A DNA stretch of 64,000 nucleotides, taken from positions 88,020 through 152,019 of the IMG/VR virus record IMGVR_UViG_2832442593_000001. One strand, given 5' to 3'. Positions 44,296 through 53,058 of the stretch are shown one piece after another. The stretch's first letter is position 1. Every line of letters begins with the position of its first letter. The notes under the pieces are model-generated. The model searched no databases. It saw only the letters and a list, made by a program, of their open reading frames with translations, and was not told the DNA's origin. The stretch is from a virus (lineage: Duplodnaviria; Heunggongvirae; Uroviricota; Caudoviricetes). Both the position numbers and the translations under genes were made by a program.

Positions 44296-44517
44296 ATGAC
44301 CAGAGTATTTTGTGACATCTGTGGAGAACAAATCTACTACGGATTGAATGAGCCAATCTACAAGATCAATATAGGGGCTGTGAGTGGAACCGTATTTGAG
44401 GGGGAGCAGTCCTATAATTACCAAGAGGTTTGCTCTGGGTGCGTAAAGAATATTGCATCCTACATTAAAAGAATGCCCAGATCGTACAAACTACCTTCTG
44501 AAGACGTAAAAGGTTAA
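44296..44517 (+). CDS. Zinc-ribbon protein (CDICGEQ family)
   Basis: MTRVFCDICGEQ...CSGC. Confidence 0.5.
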   Translation: MTRVFCDICGEQIYYGLNEPIYKINIGAVSGTVFEGEQSYNYQEVCSGCVKNIASYIKRMPRSYKLPSEDVKG

Positions 44518-44667
44518 TTTGGAGTGACTCACAATAGGTGAAGCAAAACGAAAGCCCGTCCATCGGTTCCGCACTATGTCTGGCTCGGACGTGACGGCTG
44601 CTGACTGCAACCAGTGCAAAGCAAACCGTAAATGGATGAAAGAGAATCAGAAGAAGAGGAGAGAACA

Positions 44668-44802
44668 ATGACCAAAGGACGGTACACCAGAGATTTTTAT
44701 TTCCTGCCGACCATTCTGCTTCACAACGGAGAATGCTACGTCAGTATTGAAATTGCGTGGCTTAAATGGTATTTCGGCATTGTTCTTGTGGAGGATTTCT
44801 AA
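44668..44802 (+). CDS. Small hypothetical protein (44 aa)
   Basis: AAGAGGAGAG RBS. Below the ORF-track cutoff. Confidence 0.35.
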   Translation: MTKGRYTRDFYFLPTILLHNGECYVSIEIAWLKWYFGIVLVEDF

Positions 44803-45125
44803 TGAGTGACATTTCAGATCTTAGCCCCAAGGCACAGGAGCTTTACCGCAAAATCATGAGCGGCAAATATCTCACAGAACAGAGCGATGATATTCCTCTG
44901 CCGATGCGCCGCTATTTCTGCCAAGCACTCCATCTGGTTCGCGGATGGTTTGAAAGCCACCAAGACCAGATGAGGTTGTACTGCATGAACAGCACAGCCG
45001 GAGCAATCGCCATTCTCAAAGAGATGGAGAAGAATCCTGACGAGGTGATGAAGGGAGACTTCGCAGAGTTTCCGGTACCGGAACCGTTCAACACGAAGTT
45101 CAAGAAAAAAGCAATGAAGCGATAA
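44801..45125 (+). CDS. Hypothetical protein
   Basis: GGAGGA RBS before the ATG at 44801. Confidence 0.55.
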
Positions 45126-45159
45126 GTTAACAACAACGACACCGAGGAAGGAAAAGGAT

Positions 45160-45555
45160 TTGAAAATCAAGCTCACTGAGCATGAAAAGAAAACCTTAAA
45201 CAAGCACAATCTGACAATCGCAAAGATTAAGAAGCTGCGTGTTTTGGATCGGGAGCAGTTAAAGCGACCTCTGTTCTGGCGCAACGATGTTGTCAAAGCG
45301 TGGTGTATCTCTGAAGAAGTTGGTCATCCAGAATTCTGCGACGAAACGAGCTACTGGATCGGAATTTACGATGAAGATGCTCCTGCTTATGCTGGAAAGT
45401 TCAAGATTCAGTTTTGGACATGCGGAGGCTATTTCAGTTACAAATTTAAGAAATTCTTCGAAGAAAAAGATATCGAAAACGATGATGACCTCCAGATTCA
45501 GATAAAGTTTCTGGCAAAAATCAACCAGTTGATTGATTTAGGTATTATCGGATAA
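45160..45555 (+). CDS. Hypothetical protein (TTG start)
   Basis: GAGGAAGGAAAAGGA RBS. Confidence 0.5.
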   Translation: MKIKLTEHEKKTLNKHNLTIAKIKKLRVLDREQLKRPLFWRNDVVKAWCISEEVGHPEFCDETSYWIGIYDEDAPAYAGKFKIQFWTCGGYFSYKFKKFFEEKDIENDDDLQIQIKFLAKINQLIDLGIIG

Positions 45556-45585
45556 ACTCAATCACAGAAAAAGGAGAAATAAATA

Positions 45586-45750
45586 TGGGAATTCCACAGG
45601 CTATCATGATTGCAGTTATGGCAGCCAACGTCACCATTGGCTTTGTTTTTCACAACAAGCCGAGAACCGACAAGTATAACGGTTGGACAACTCTGATTGG
45701 CTGCGTTATCGAGGCGGCGTTGCTGACGGCCGGCGGCTTCTTCAAGTGAG
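45586..45750 (+). CDS. Small membrane protein (54 aa)
   Basis: AAAGGAGAAA RBS. Below the ORF-track cutoff. Confidence 0.45.
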
Positions 45751-45759
45751 GTGGCAGTT

Positions 45760-46404
45760 ATGGCAACATACGTTATGGCCGACATCCACGGCGAGATTGA
45801 CCGTTTCCACGCGATGCTCGACCTTATCAACTTCAGCGCGGACGACCAGCTTTACATCATCGGAGACGTAATCGACCGGGGAGCCGAGGGCGTAGAAATC
45901 CTTCTCGAAATCATCGATAAGGGTAACATTCACCTTATTCTCGGCAATCACGAGGATATGATGCTCGGCACGCTGAGCAAAGACTCGTTCCCAGAGGCTC
46001 GCAGAATGTGGACGGCAAACGGAGGAAGCAAGACTCGCCGCGATCTGCTTTACCGCCGCACCACTGCTGAGCGAGGAAAGATCCTTCGGTATTGCCACAA
46101 GCGGCCAGCAATGGAGACCGTCGAGGTTAACGGCACGATGTGGACTTTGGTTCATGGGAGACCTTCCACCAAGTTCCTCGATATGATCTGGGGCAGGGTG
46201 GAAGCTGATGACGATTTCGGCAACGCACATTATATAGTAGGGCACACGCCGACCTGTTATCTGACCAAACAATTCAAAGAGCCGTACCACATCTTCCACG
46301 GCAAGGGATTCCTTTGCGTTGACTGCGGCTGCGGGAACCTGACGAATCCATACCGCCGACTGGCTTGTTTGAGACTGGAAGACATGGCTGAATATTACGT
46401 CTAA
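45760..46404 (+). CDS. Calcineurin-like metallophosphoesterase (Ser/Thr phosphatase family)
   Basis: DIHG, GDVIDRG and GNHE motifs, then LVHGRP and VVGHTP. GAGGTG RBS. Confidence 0.75.
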   Translation: MATYVMADIHGEIDRFHAMLDLINFSADDQLYIIGDVIDRGAEGVEILLEIIDKGNIHLILGNHEDMMLGTLSKDSFPEARRMWTANGGSKTRRDLLYRRTTAERGKILRYCHKRPAMETVEVNGTMWTLVHGRPSTKFLDMIWGRVEADDDFGNAHYIVGHTPTCYLTKQFKEPYHIFHGKGFLCVDCGCGNLTNPYRRLACLRLEDMAEYYV

Positions 46405-46481
46405 GAGACGCCGCACGACTGTGCGGCGTTCATTTTCCCTTCATTCAAAAATATTTTCAAAAAATCAAAAAAAGTTTGGAT

Positions 46482-46527
46482 TTTCGCGTCCCAAAATCGC
46501 GATTTTTGTATAGTAGTATATGTAGAG
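46482..46527 (+). promoter_or_regulatory. Repeated promoter/operator element (TTTCGCGTCCC-AAAATCGCGATTTT-TGTATAGTAGTATATGTAGAGG)
   Basis: Near-identical to the 23314 copy. Confidence 0.55.
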
Positions 46528-46698
46528 GAAAAACGAGAGCGACCACAGAAAGCGAGTGAGCACATGAGAGAATACCGCAATGATGGAAGGCGTTGCCGGG
46601 TGACCGGCTGTTGAGCTGCGAGACCGCTGCGGCAACCGTGTGATCGCCAAGATCAAGTGGAAAGACTTTAAGTATTTTGCCAGAAAGGAAGAATGAGT

Positions 46699-47046
46699 AT
46701 GAGTGAAGAAGCAAAACTGAATCATGCGTTTCTGGAACGTTTTGACCGTAAGGAGACATTCGACGAATGGGAACGCCAGATGATGGCTTGGGGCGAGGTT
46801 GGCACTGAAGTTGATCAGATCGAGAACGACAGTGGACGATGGACAACGTGCATGACAACGGTTTTCGAGATCGGCGGCCGATATTTCGCAATTGACTGGG
46901 ATCGCGGACTTACTGAACGCCAAGAGAACGAATACTGGAATCAGCCTTACGAAGTGACTAAACTCCGGTATGAGAAAACGATGGTGGTAACAGAGTGGAT
47001 TCCGATTACGGAGGAGAACGATGAGAGACCCCGCCAGAATAGATGA
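46699..47046 (+). CDS. Hypothetical protein
   Basis: AAAGGAAG RBS. The ATG is at 46693 or 46699. Confidence 0.55.
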   Translation: MSEEAKLNHAFLERFDRKETFDEWERQMMAWGEVGTEVDQIENDSGRWTTCMTTVFEIGGRYFAIDWDRGLTERQENEYWNQPYEVTKLRYEKTMVVTEWIPITEENDERPRQNR

Positions 47047-47224
47047 GTTCTGCGACCGTCTGAAGGTCGCGTGGAAGAAGCTGCCGGACTGGCGCTTCGG
47101 CCAGTTCATGATGAACTGCTTAGGGTCTATGAACGCGCAAGGCCGCGACCCGTTCTTCCCGGAAGAGCCGGAGATGATCGAGTTCATCGAAAAATACGCC
47201 GAAAAATACGGAATCGGCGATTAA
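47021..47224 (+). CDS. Hypothetical protein
   Basis: ORF track. Confidence 0.5.
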   Translation: MRDPARIDEFCDRLKVAWKKLPDWRFGQFMMNCLGSMNAQGRDPFFPEEPEMIEFIEKYAEKYGIGD

Positions 47225-47258
47225 ACAACCAGATAGAATTACGGAAAGAGGGATTTTT

Positions 47259-47912
47259 ATGAGATTAGCGAAGGGAACACGCGCGAAAGTTGTTCGTCCG
47301 TTTACCAGTCAGGATCGGCTTGGAGACGTTTTCGAGGTCGCGGAATGTGATTCCGAGTCTATCACGTTGAGTCGGTGCTATTCCGATTCAAACTCTTATC
47401 TGCATGAGCACACCTACACCATGCCGACAGACGAGTTCGGCGTTTTCTTCGAGATCATCGGCATGGAAGAGCCGGAAAAAACGTCCGACGACAGGGTAAT
47501 TACACTCAGTTTATCCGAAGACGAGCTTGATGCTCTCTGGGCGAAGTCCACTTCCTTCGAGCACTTCAAGAAGAAGCTGAAGCTCGCGGCTAAGAAAAAG
47601 GACAAGCCGCCGAAGGGAAAGCGACAGTGGACCCCGTGGACTACTCATCCGCTCACTGGTTTCACCTATTCGGTAAGCCATCCAACCGGGAAGTCGGCAA
47701 AGGTAAAGGTCGAGTCCTGCGGTTTTGTCGGTATTGCGTCTTGCAATCCGGAAGATGTTTGGGATCTTGATCTCGGAATTGAACTGGCTGCCGCACGCGC
47801 AGAAGAAAAGAGAGCCAGATTTTTGGCTACAAAGGCTGCAGACAATTATTTAGAGAAGATGGATGATCTTCACTTCATTATGAACCGTATTTACGGAAGG
47901 GTGGGGAAATAA
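47259..47912 (+). CDS. Hypothetical protein
   Basis: ORF track; AAAGAGGG RBS. Confidence 0.6.
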   Translation: MRLAKGTRAKVVRPFTSQDRLGDVFEVAECDSESITLSRCYSDSNSYLHEHTYTMPTDEFGVFFEIIGMEEPEKTSDDRVITLSLSEDELDALWAKSTSFEHFKKKLKLAAKKKDKPPKGKRQWTPWTTHPLTGFTYSVSHPTGKSAKVKVESCGFVGIASCNPEDVWDLDLGIELAAARAEEKRARFLATKAADNYLEKMDDLHFIMNRIYGRVGK

Positions 47913-48529
47913 TGGCGGACAAAACACAGTTTTTAAGCCCGGAGCAGCTCGCCAAGAATCGGGAAGAGTTTCTGGAAGTTTTGCGTGATAACGTAAAGCG
48001 TGACGGAGTGGAAAACCTGATCGCTTATCTGGAAGATGGCGATTTCTTCACAGCACCATCTTCGACCAGATTTCACGGAAACTACGAGGGCGGCCTATGT
48101 GAACATTCATTGAATGTATGCGACTGTCTGTACACTCTTCATGACAGATATGGGAAATTCAATTACAGCGACGAAACACTGACAATCGCGGCTTTACTTC
48201 ACGATTTATGTAAAATCCGCGTCTACTCCAAGCAGCCGGCATTCCGCAAGGACGCAGACGGCCGTTGGGAGCAGTACATGTCGTACAAGTTTGATGAGGT
48301 ATTTCCGGGCGGCCATGGCGAGAAGTCGTGCTTCATCATTCAGCAGTTCATGAAGCTGACGCCCGATGAGTATCTGGCAATCCGATGGCACATGAACGGT
48401 TTTGACAGCGCCGTTAAGGGCGGAGACCGAGCAATGAGCGCGGCAGCCGAGAAGTGCAAGCTCGTACCGATGCTTCAGCTGGCCGACATGGAAGCCAGCC
48501 ACATGCTCGAAATTACCGTGGAGCACTAA
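47912..48529 (+). CDS. HD-domain phosphohydrolase
   Basis: H...GGLCEHSLNV...AALLHDLCK metal-binding His/Asp pattern. Confidence 0.65.
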   Translation: MADKTQFLSPEQLAKNREEFLEVLRDNVKRDGVENLIAYLEDGDFFTAPSSTRFHGNYEGGLCEHSLNVCDCLYTLHDRYGKFNYSDETLTIAALLHDLCKIRVYSKQPAFRKDADGRWEQYMSYKFDEVFPGGHGEKSCFIIQQFMKLTPDEYLAIRWHMNGFDSAVKGGDRAMSAAAEKCKLVPMLQLADMEASHMLEITVEH

Positions 48530-48587
48530 GGACAACACACCCGGCAAAGGGTTAAATATACAGAATCACAGTTAAGGAGTGATAAAC

Positions 48588-48752
48588 ATGGGTATCCCCA
48601 AGCACAAGCCAAGCGCGAAGCAGAAGTCTCGCGCCAAGTATCAGAGCGAGAACCGTCTCGCAAAGAATAAGGAGCGTCGCCAGAAGAAGCACGAGAAGCG
48701 CCTCGAGTATTTCAAGAAGCGCCGCGAAAAGAAGCAGGAGGCAGCTAAGTGA
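48588..48752 (+). CDS. Small highly basic protein (54 aa)
   Basis: AAGGAGTG RBS. Lys/Arg-rich. Confidence 0.45.
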   Translation: MGIPKHKPSAKQKSRAKYQSENRLAKNKERRQKKHEKRLEYFKKRREKKQEAAK

Positions 48753-49426
48753 GCGAAGCAACAAAGAGCATTTTTCAGACGCTGTATGACGCAGATGTCA
48801 CCGGGAAAGTGAAGAAGAAGAACGGTTTGTCCTACATCAGCTGGGCGGCTGCGTGGGCAGAGGTCAAGAAGCGTTATCCTGACGCATCCTATCATGTCTA
48901 CACCTGCCAGCCCGACCCGTATGAGGAAACCATCACGGAGTACAAGGACGGTGTTCCGGTTATGTCCCGCACTGTCAAGCGCACACCGCAGCCGCGTCCG
49001 TGGTTTGACGACGGCAGAACCGCATGGGTCGAGGTCGGCGTGACCATCGACGGCAAGGAAGCCAAGGAAACCTACGCCATTATGGATATGAAGAATAAGT
49101 CCATTATGGCCAAGGACGTAACTTCTACCGACGCAAACAAGGCAAAGATGCGTGCTCTGGCGAAGGCTTGTTCGCAGCATGGCTTGGCGCTCTTTTTGTA
49201 CGAGGGCGAGGATATGCCGGAAGGCGTCAAGAAGGAGCGCACCGGTCTGGCCAACGCTCGTAAGAAGGTCGTTTCCGCCGCGCAGGCGGCCGTTAAGAAG
49301 GGCGTTGACCGCGCCAAGATTTACGCGCTGATTGCTGAGAAGAACAACGGCAACGATTCGCCGACCGAAATCCCGACCATCGCACTCTGCACCGAAATCA
49401 CCACCGCCATTAAGGCAATGAAGTAA
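48749..49426 (+). CDS. Putative Rad52/Sak-type single-strand annealing protein (tentative)
   Basis: GLSYISWAAAWAEVKKRYPDASYHVY resembles the Sak/Rad52-like N-terminal core. Sits in an SSAP-SSB-nuclease arrangement. Confidence 0.45.
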   Translation: MSEATKSIFQTLYDADVTGKVKKKNGLSYISWAAAWAEVKKRYPDASYHVYTCQPDPYEETITEYKDGVPVMSRTVKRTPQPRPWFDDGRTAWVEVGVTIDGKEAKETYAIMDMKNKSIMAKDVTSTDANKAKMRALAKACSQHGLALFLYEGEDMPEGVKKERTGLANARKKVVSAAQAAVKKGVDRAKIYALIAEKNNGNDSPTEIPTIALCTEITTAIKAMK

Positions 49427-49450
49427 AACAACCAAGAAGGAGATATAAAT

Positions 49451-49852
49451 TTGAACAAGATCGTAATTATTGGCCGCCTGACTCGCGACCCGGAGCTCAA
49501 GTCCACCAACGCAGGTACTTCCGTGTGCAACTTCTCTGTTGCTGTAGACCGTACTTACCGTGACAAGGAAGGCAATCGCCCGACCGACTTTTTCGACATT
49601 TCCGTTTTCGGTGCAACCGCTGAGTTCGTGGCCAAGTATTTCAAGAAGGGCAGCTCTATCGCTGTTTCCGGCGCTATGGAGTCCCGCAAGTTTGTGGACA
49701 AGGACGGCAACAACCGCATTGCTTGGTCGCTTCATGCCGATGAGGTAAATTTCTGCGGCAGCAAGTCCGAGAACAACGGCGGCAGCCAGAAGCCGAGTAT
49801 TGACGAGGGCTACTCCGGCGACCCGGTTGAGTCCGACGACGTACTGTTTTAA
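49451..49852 (+). CDS. ssb: Single-stranded DNA-binding protein
   Basis: OB-fold pattern IVIIGRLTRDPEL...GTSVCNFSVAV. Acidic tail DDVLF. AAGGAGA RBS; TTG start. Confidence 0.8.
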   Translation: MNKIVIIGRLTRDPELKSTNAGTSVCNFSVAVDRTYRDKEGNRPTDFFDISVFGATAEFVAKYFKKGSSIAVSGAMESRKFVDKDGNNRIAWSLHADEVNFCGSKSENNGGSQKPSIDEGYSGDPVESDDVLF

Positions 49853-50719
49853 GTGAGCGAATTCACCGAAAAGCTGAAGAATAGAGTCTGGAGCTGGTCT
49901 TCTGCGACGCAAGCGCACGAATGCCCCTACGGCTTCTATCTTCAGCGGCTCGCTGAGCCGAGGATTGAACAGGATGAGAACGTATTCGCCCAGTACGGTA
50001 GCCAGATGCACGAATGGCTCGAAATGGTGTTCAAAGGCATCATGCAGCCGGAGGAGCTTCTGGAACTGTATCTCACCGATTACGATTCCAAGATTACGCT
50101 CAAGTGGCCGTTTAACCGCTATGTAGACCTTGAGAAATCCTACTATGAGGACGGTCTCGCGTTCGCCCGTCATTTTAAGGGACTCTCGCCGAACTATGAA
50201 GTCATCGGTGTAGAGCTTGAGATGAAGGCGGAGATCGAAGGCTTCAAGGTCATCGGTTATATCGACCTACTGGTCAAGAACAAAAAGACCGGCGAGTACA
50301 TTGTCGTAGACCATAAGAGCAAGAAGAAGTTCGCCAGCAAAGCAGAGGAGAAGAAGTACCGCAAACAGCTTGAGTTCTACGGCTACCTCGTCTATGAGAA
50401 AATGGGCGTCTGGCCGGCTTATACAGACCTCGACCTGTTTCGAGGGCAGAAGCATTACATCGAGCCTTGCACAGCAGAGGACTGCATCGCGGCTAAGGAT
50501 TATTTCATCGAGTCCGTAAAGACCGCCTGCGAAACCGAGGAGTGGTTGGACAAGCATTCCATCAAGGCGCGTGAGAACTTCAAGTCTGCCAAGGATGCGA
50601 AAAAGGCCGGAAAGGCTGACTTCTTCTGTGCTGAAATCTGCTCCGTGCGTTCTCATTGCCCGATGTCATCCGCTTATGTGAAGCCGAAGAAAGAGAAAAA
50701 GAGTAAGAAAGCAGGTTAA
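49853..50719 (+). CDS. PD-(D/E)XK nuclease (RecB/Cas4-like) with C-terminal Cys cluster
   Basis: IGYIDLLVKN...YIVVDHKSKKK resembles the D...D/E-x-K motif. CAEICSVRSHCP. Confidence 0.6.
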   Translation: MSEFTEKLKNRVWSWSSATQAHECPYGFYLQRLAEPRIEQDENVFAQYGSQMHEWLEMVFKGIMQPEELLELYLTDYDSKITLKWPFNRYVDLEKSYYEDGLAFARHFKGLSPNYEVIGVELEMKAEIEGFKVIGYIDLLVKNKKTGEYIVVDHKSKKKFASKAEEKKYRKQLEFYGYLVYEKMGVWPAYTDLDLFRGQKHYIEPCTAEDCIAAKDYFIESVKTACETEEWLDKHSIKARENFKSAKDAKKAGKADFFCAEICSVRSHCPMSSAYVKPKKEKKSKKAG

Positions 50720-50721
50720 AT

Positions 50722-52053
50722 TTGAACGTAAACGACATTAAAAGCGTAGAGGGAGAGGCTGGAGTTATTGCAACATTGATCCAGCATCCAACTTACTATT
50801 TTTACGTTGAAGAGTTAAAGCCGGAGCATTTCACCGATCCGCAGAACCAGATAATTTATCTGGCGTTGAGTGAGCTTGCTAAAAGGGGTATAGAGAAGAT
50901 TGATGCTCTGAATGTCTTGAAGGTATTGGGAACAAAAAAAGCGACAAAACAGGCGGCTCAAAATCTCACTGTCGCATCAATCAACGAGATGATTGATCTC
51001 AGTCTGGTTGTTGCTCGCAATACGCCCGAGGAATATAAGTTGTTTGCCGATGATGTTCTGAACAAGGCTTTTCGACGTGGCGTCTATCAAAAATTGCAGA
51101 AATGTGAGCGGCTCTGCTTGACGGACGATGGAGGGGATCTCGGACAAAAGATTTATGCCGAGATTGACGAAACCGTTCTGAACTACAATCCTCGAAACGA
51201 TTTGCCTCTTTTCGGAGATATTGTCGATAAAATCTGGAAGGGTATTAAGGCGCGGCAGCGCGGCGATGCAAATATTATTGAGTTCCCGTTCCCAGAATTA
51301 AATCAGTATGTAGTCATAGAACCTAACGAAGTTGTTTGTTTTGCTGCCGTGCAAAAAGCAGGAAAGAGCGCCATGCTACTGACATGCACCGTGGACATGC
51401 TCAAAAAAGGGAAGAGTGTTTTATATGTCGATTCGGAAATTTCCGATGAACAGTTCACCAAGCGTATTCTCTCTCATTTAACTGGTATTGAATACAAAGT
51501 TATACGAGATGGTTTGTATACGGAAGAGCAGGAAAAACTTATCGACGAACAAAGAGCGTGGCTCAAAACGCAGAAATTTATCCATGTTTACACTCCTGTG
51601 CTCGATGAAAACACTCTTTTACTCGCGGCAAAACGCGCAAAACACCTTATTGATGTCGATTGCTGCGTGCTGGATTACCTGAAGCCCGCCGGTGGCACGG
51701 AAGCCTTCACGGTCTACGCTGAGCTCGGGAATATCGCCGATTGTTTTAAGAATCGTGTTTGCGGCGATCTGGGAATCTGCGGACTGACGGCCGCACAGGC
51801 TACGAAGTACGGCCAAATTGCGGATTCTGCTCGCATTGGACGTTCTGTCAGTACGGTTGTTACTATCACCAACAAAACGAAAGATGAAATCCGTAACGAT
51901 GGTGAGATGTGCGGCAATAAAAAAATGCGCGTCGCTTATAACCGAAACGGGGCTCAAATGAACGACGATGAATACATTGATGTCGATTTCAAGGGTGATA
52001 TTCTGACTTATTGTCCAGCGAGAAAACAGCACGACCCATACGCACCATATTAA
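50722..52053 (+). CDS. dnaB: DnaB-like replicative DNA helicase
   Basis: DnaB N-terminal domain pattern. Walker A AAVQKAGKSAML; RecA-fold C-terminus. Confidence 0.75.
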   Translation: MNVNDIKSVEGEAGVIATLIQHPTYYFYVEELKPEHFTDPQNQIIYLALSELAKRGIEKIDALNVLKVLGTKKATKQAAQNLTVASINEMIDLSLVVARNTPEEYKLFADDVLNKAFRRGVYQKLQKCERLCLTDDGGDLGQKIYAEIDETVLNYNPRNDLPLFGDIVDKIWKGIKARQRGDANIIEFPFPELNQYVVIEPNEVVCFAAVQKAGKSAMLLTCTVDMLKKGKSVLYVDSEISDEQFTKRILSHLTGIEYKVIRDGLYTEEQEKLIDEQRAWLKTQKFIHVYTPVLDENTLLLAAKRAKHLIDVDCCVLDYLKPAGGTEAFTVYAELGNIADCFKNRVCGDLGICGLTAAQATKYGQIADSARIGRSVSTVVTITNKTKDEIRNDGEMCGNKKMRVAYNRNGAQMNDDEYIDVDFKGDILTYCPARKQHDPYAPY

Positions 52054-52068
52054 AGGTAAGGAGTAATC

Positions 52069-53058
52069 ATGGAAATCAGAGATGTGGTAGAACAAATTGA
52101 TATCGTGGACTACATCTCCCAGTACCTCGATGTAGAGAGGCGAAGCGAGAACGAATACGTTGCGCTGTGTCCCTTCCATGACGAGAATACACCATCCTTC
52201 ACGATTACGCGCTCCAAAGGGTTGTATTACTGCTTCGGCTGCGGAGCTCGCGGCGACGTTGCCGATTTCGAGGTGCTGTACAACCATGTTTCTTTGCGAG
52301 AAGCGGTCAAGCGACTCAAAGCCTACGCCGGAATCACAGAGGGTGTGTCACTACCGTCCACCCATCTGGCGGCTGTACAGGCTCTCAAGAAGTACGCGCC
52401 ACGAAAAGAACAGAAAAATGTGTGTGAGCCACACAAAATCCTAGGGGAAAATGTGATGGAACAGTACGAGTGGCGACCGGAGAAGTTCCAGTCTTGGCTC
52501 GATGAGGGTATCCCTCTCGACCAGATGAAGCGTTTCGGTTACCGGTATGACGCGCTGTCAAACCGCATCGTTCACCCGATTCGATTGCCCGACGGCCAGA
52601 TTTTCAGTATCTGCGGACGCACGCTCGACCCCGATTTTAAGGAGAAAAAACTCCGCAAGTACACCTATCTCGTAAAGCTCGGAGCACTCGATACGCTGTT
52701 CGGGCTTTACGAAAACCGCGAAGCAATCCTCCGGAAGAAAGAGGTCATCCTGTTTGAGGGTGCGAAGTCCGTTCTCAAGGCGGCGGGCTACGGTTTCGAT
52801 AACTGCTGTGCCGTGCTGACCTCACACATCAACCCTTACCAGACCAAGATTCTCCTGCAACTGGGCGTCCGTATTGTCATCGCATTTGACGAGGAGGTTG
52901 ACCCGCGGCAGGATGGAGAAATCAAAAAGCTGAAACGCTTTTGCAGGGTGGATTGGGTTCGTAACCGTGACAACCTGTTGGGCGAAAAGATGGCTCCCGT
53001 AGACAATGGAGCGGAAGTTTGGAATGAATTGTATCAGCGAAGGGAGCGGCTATCATAA
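52069..53058 (+). CDS. DNA primase (DnaG-like: CHC2 zinc finger + TOPRIM)
   Basis: CPFHDENTPSF...YYCFGCGARGDV zinc finger. TOPRIM EVILFEGAKSV. Confidence 0.8.
   Translation: MEIRDVVEQIDIVDYISQYLDVERRSENEYVALCPFHDENTPSFTITRSKGLYYCFGCGARGDVADFEVLYNHVSLREAVKRLKAYAGITEGVSLPSTHLAAVQALKKYAPRKEQKNVCEPHKILGENVMEQYEWRPEKFQSWLDEGIPLDQMKRFGYRYDALSNRIVHPIRLPDGQIFSICGRTLDPDFKEKKLRKYTYLVKLGALDTLFGLYENREAILRKKEVILFEGAKSVLKAAGYGFDNCCAVLTSHINPYQTKILLQLGVRIVIAFDEEVDPRQDGEIKKLKRFCRVDWVRNRDNLLGEKMAPVDNGAEVWNELYQRRERLS

Noticed and set aside
48641-50173. 510-aa minus-strand ORF across the SSAP/SSB/nuclease genes
   Set aside because: Antisense to clearly recognisable SSB and nuclease genes. Low-complexity Arg/Leu-rich translation typical of an antisense artefact.
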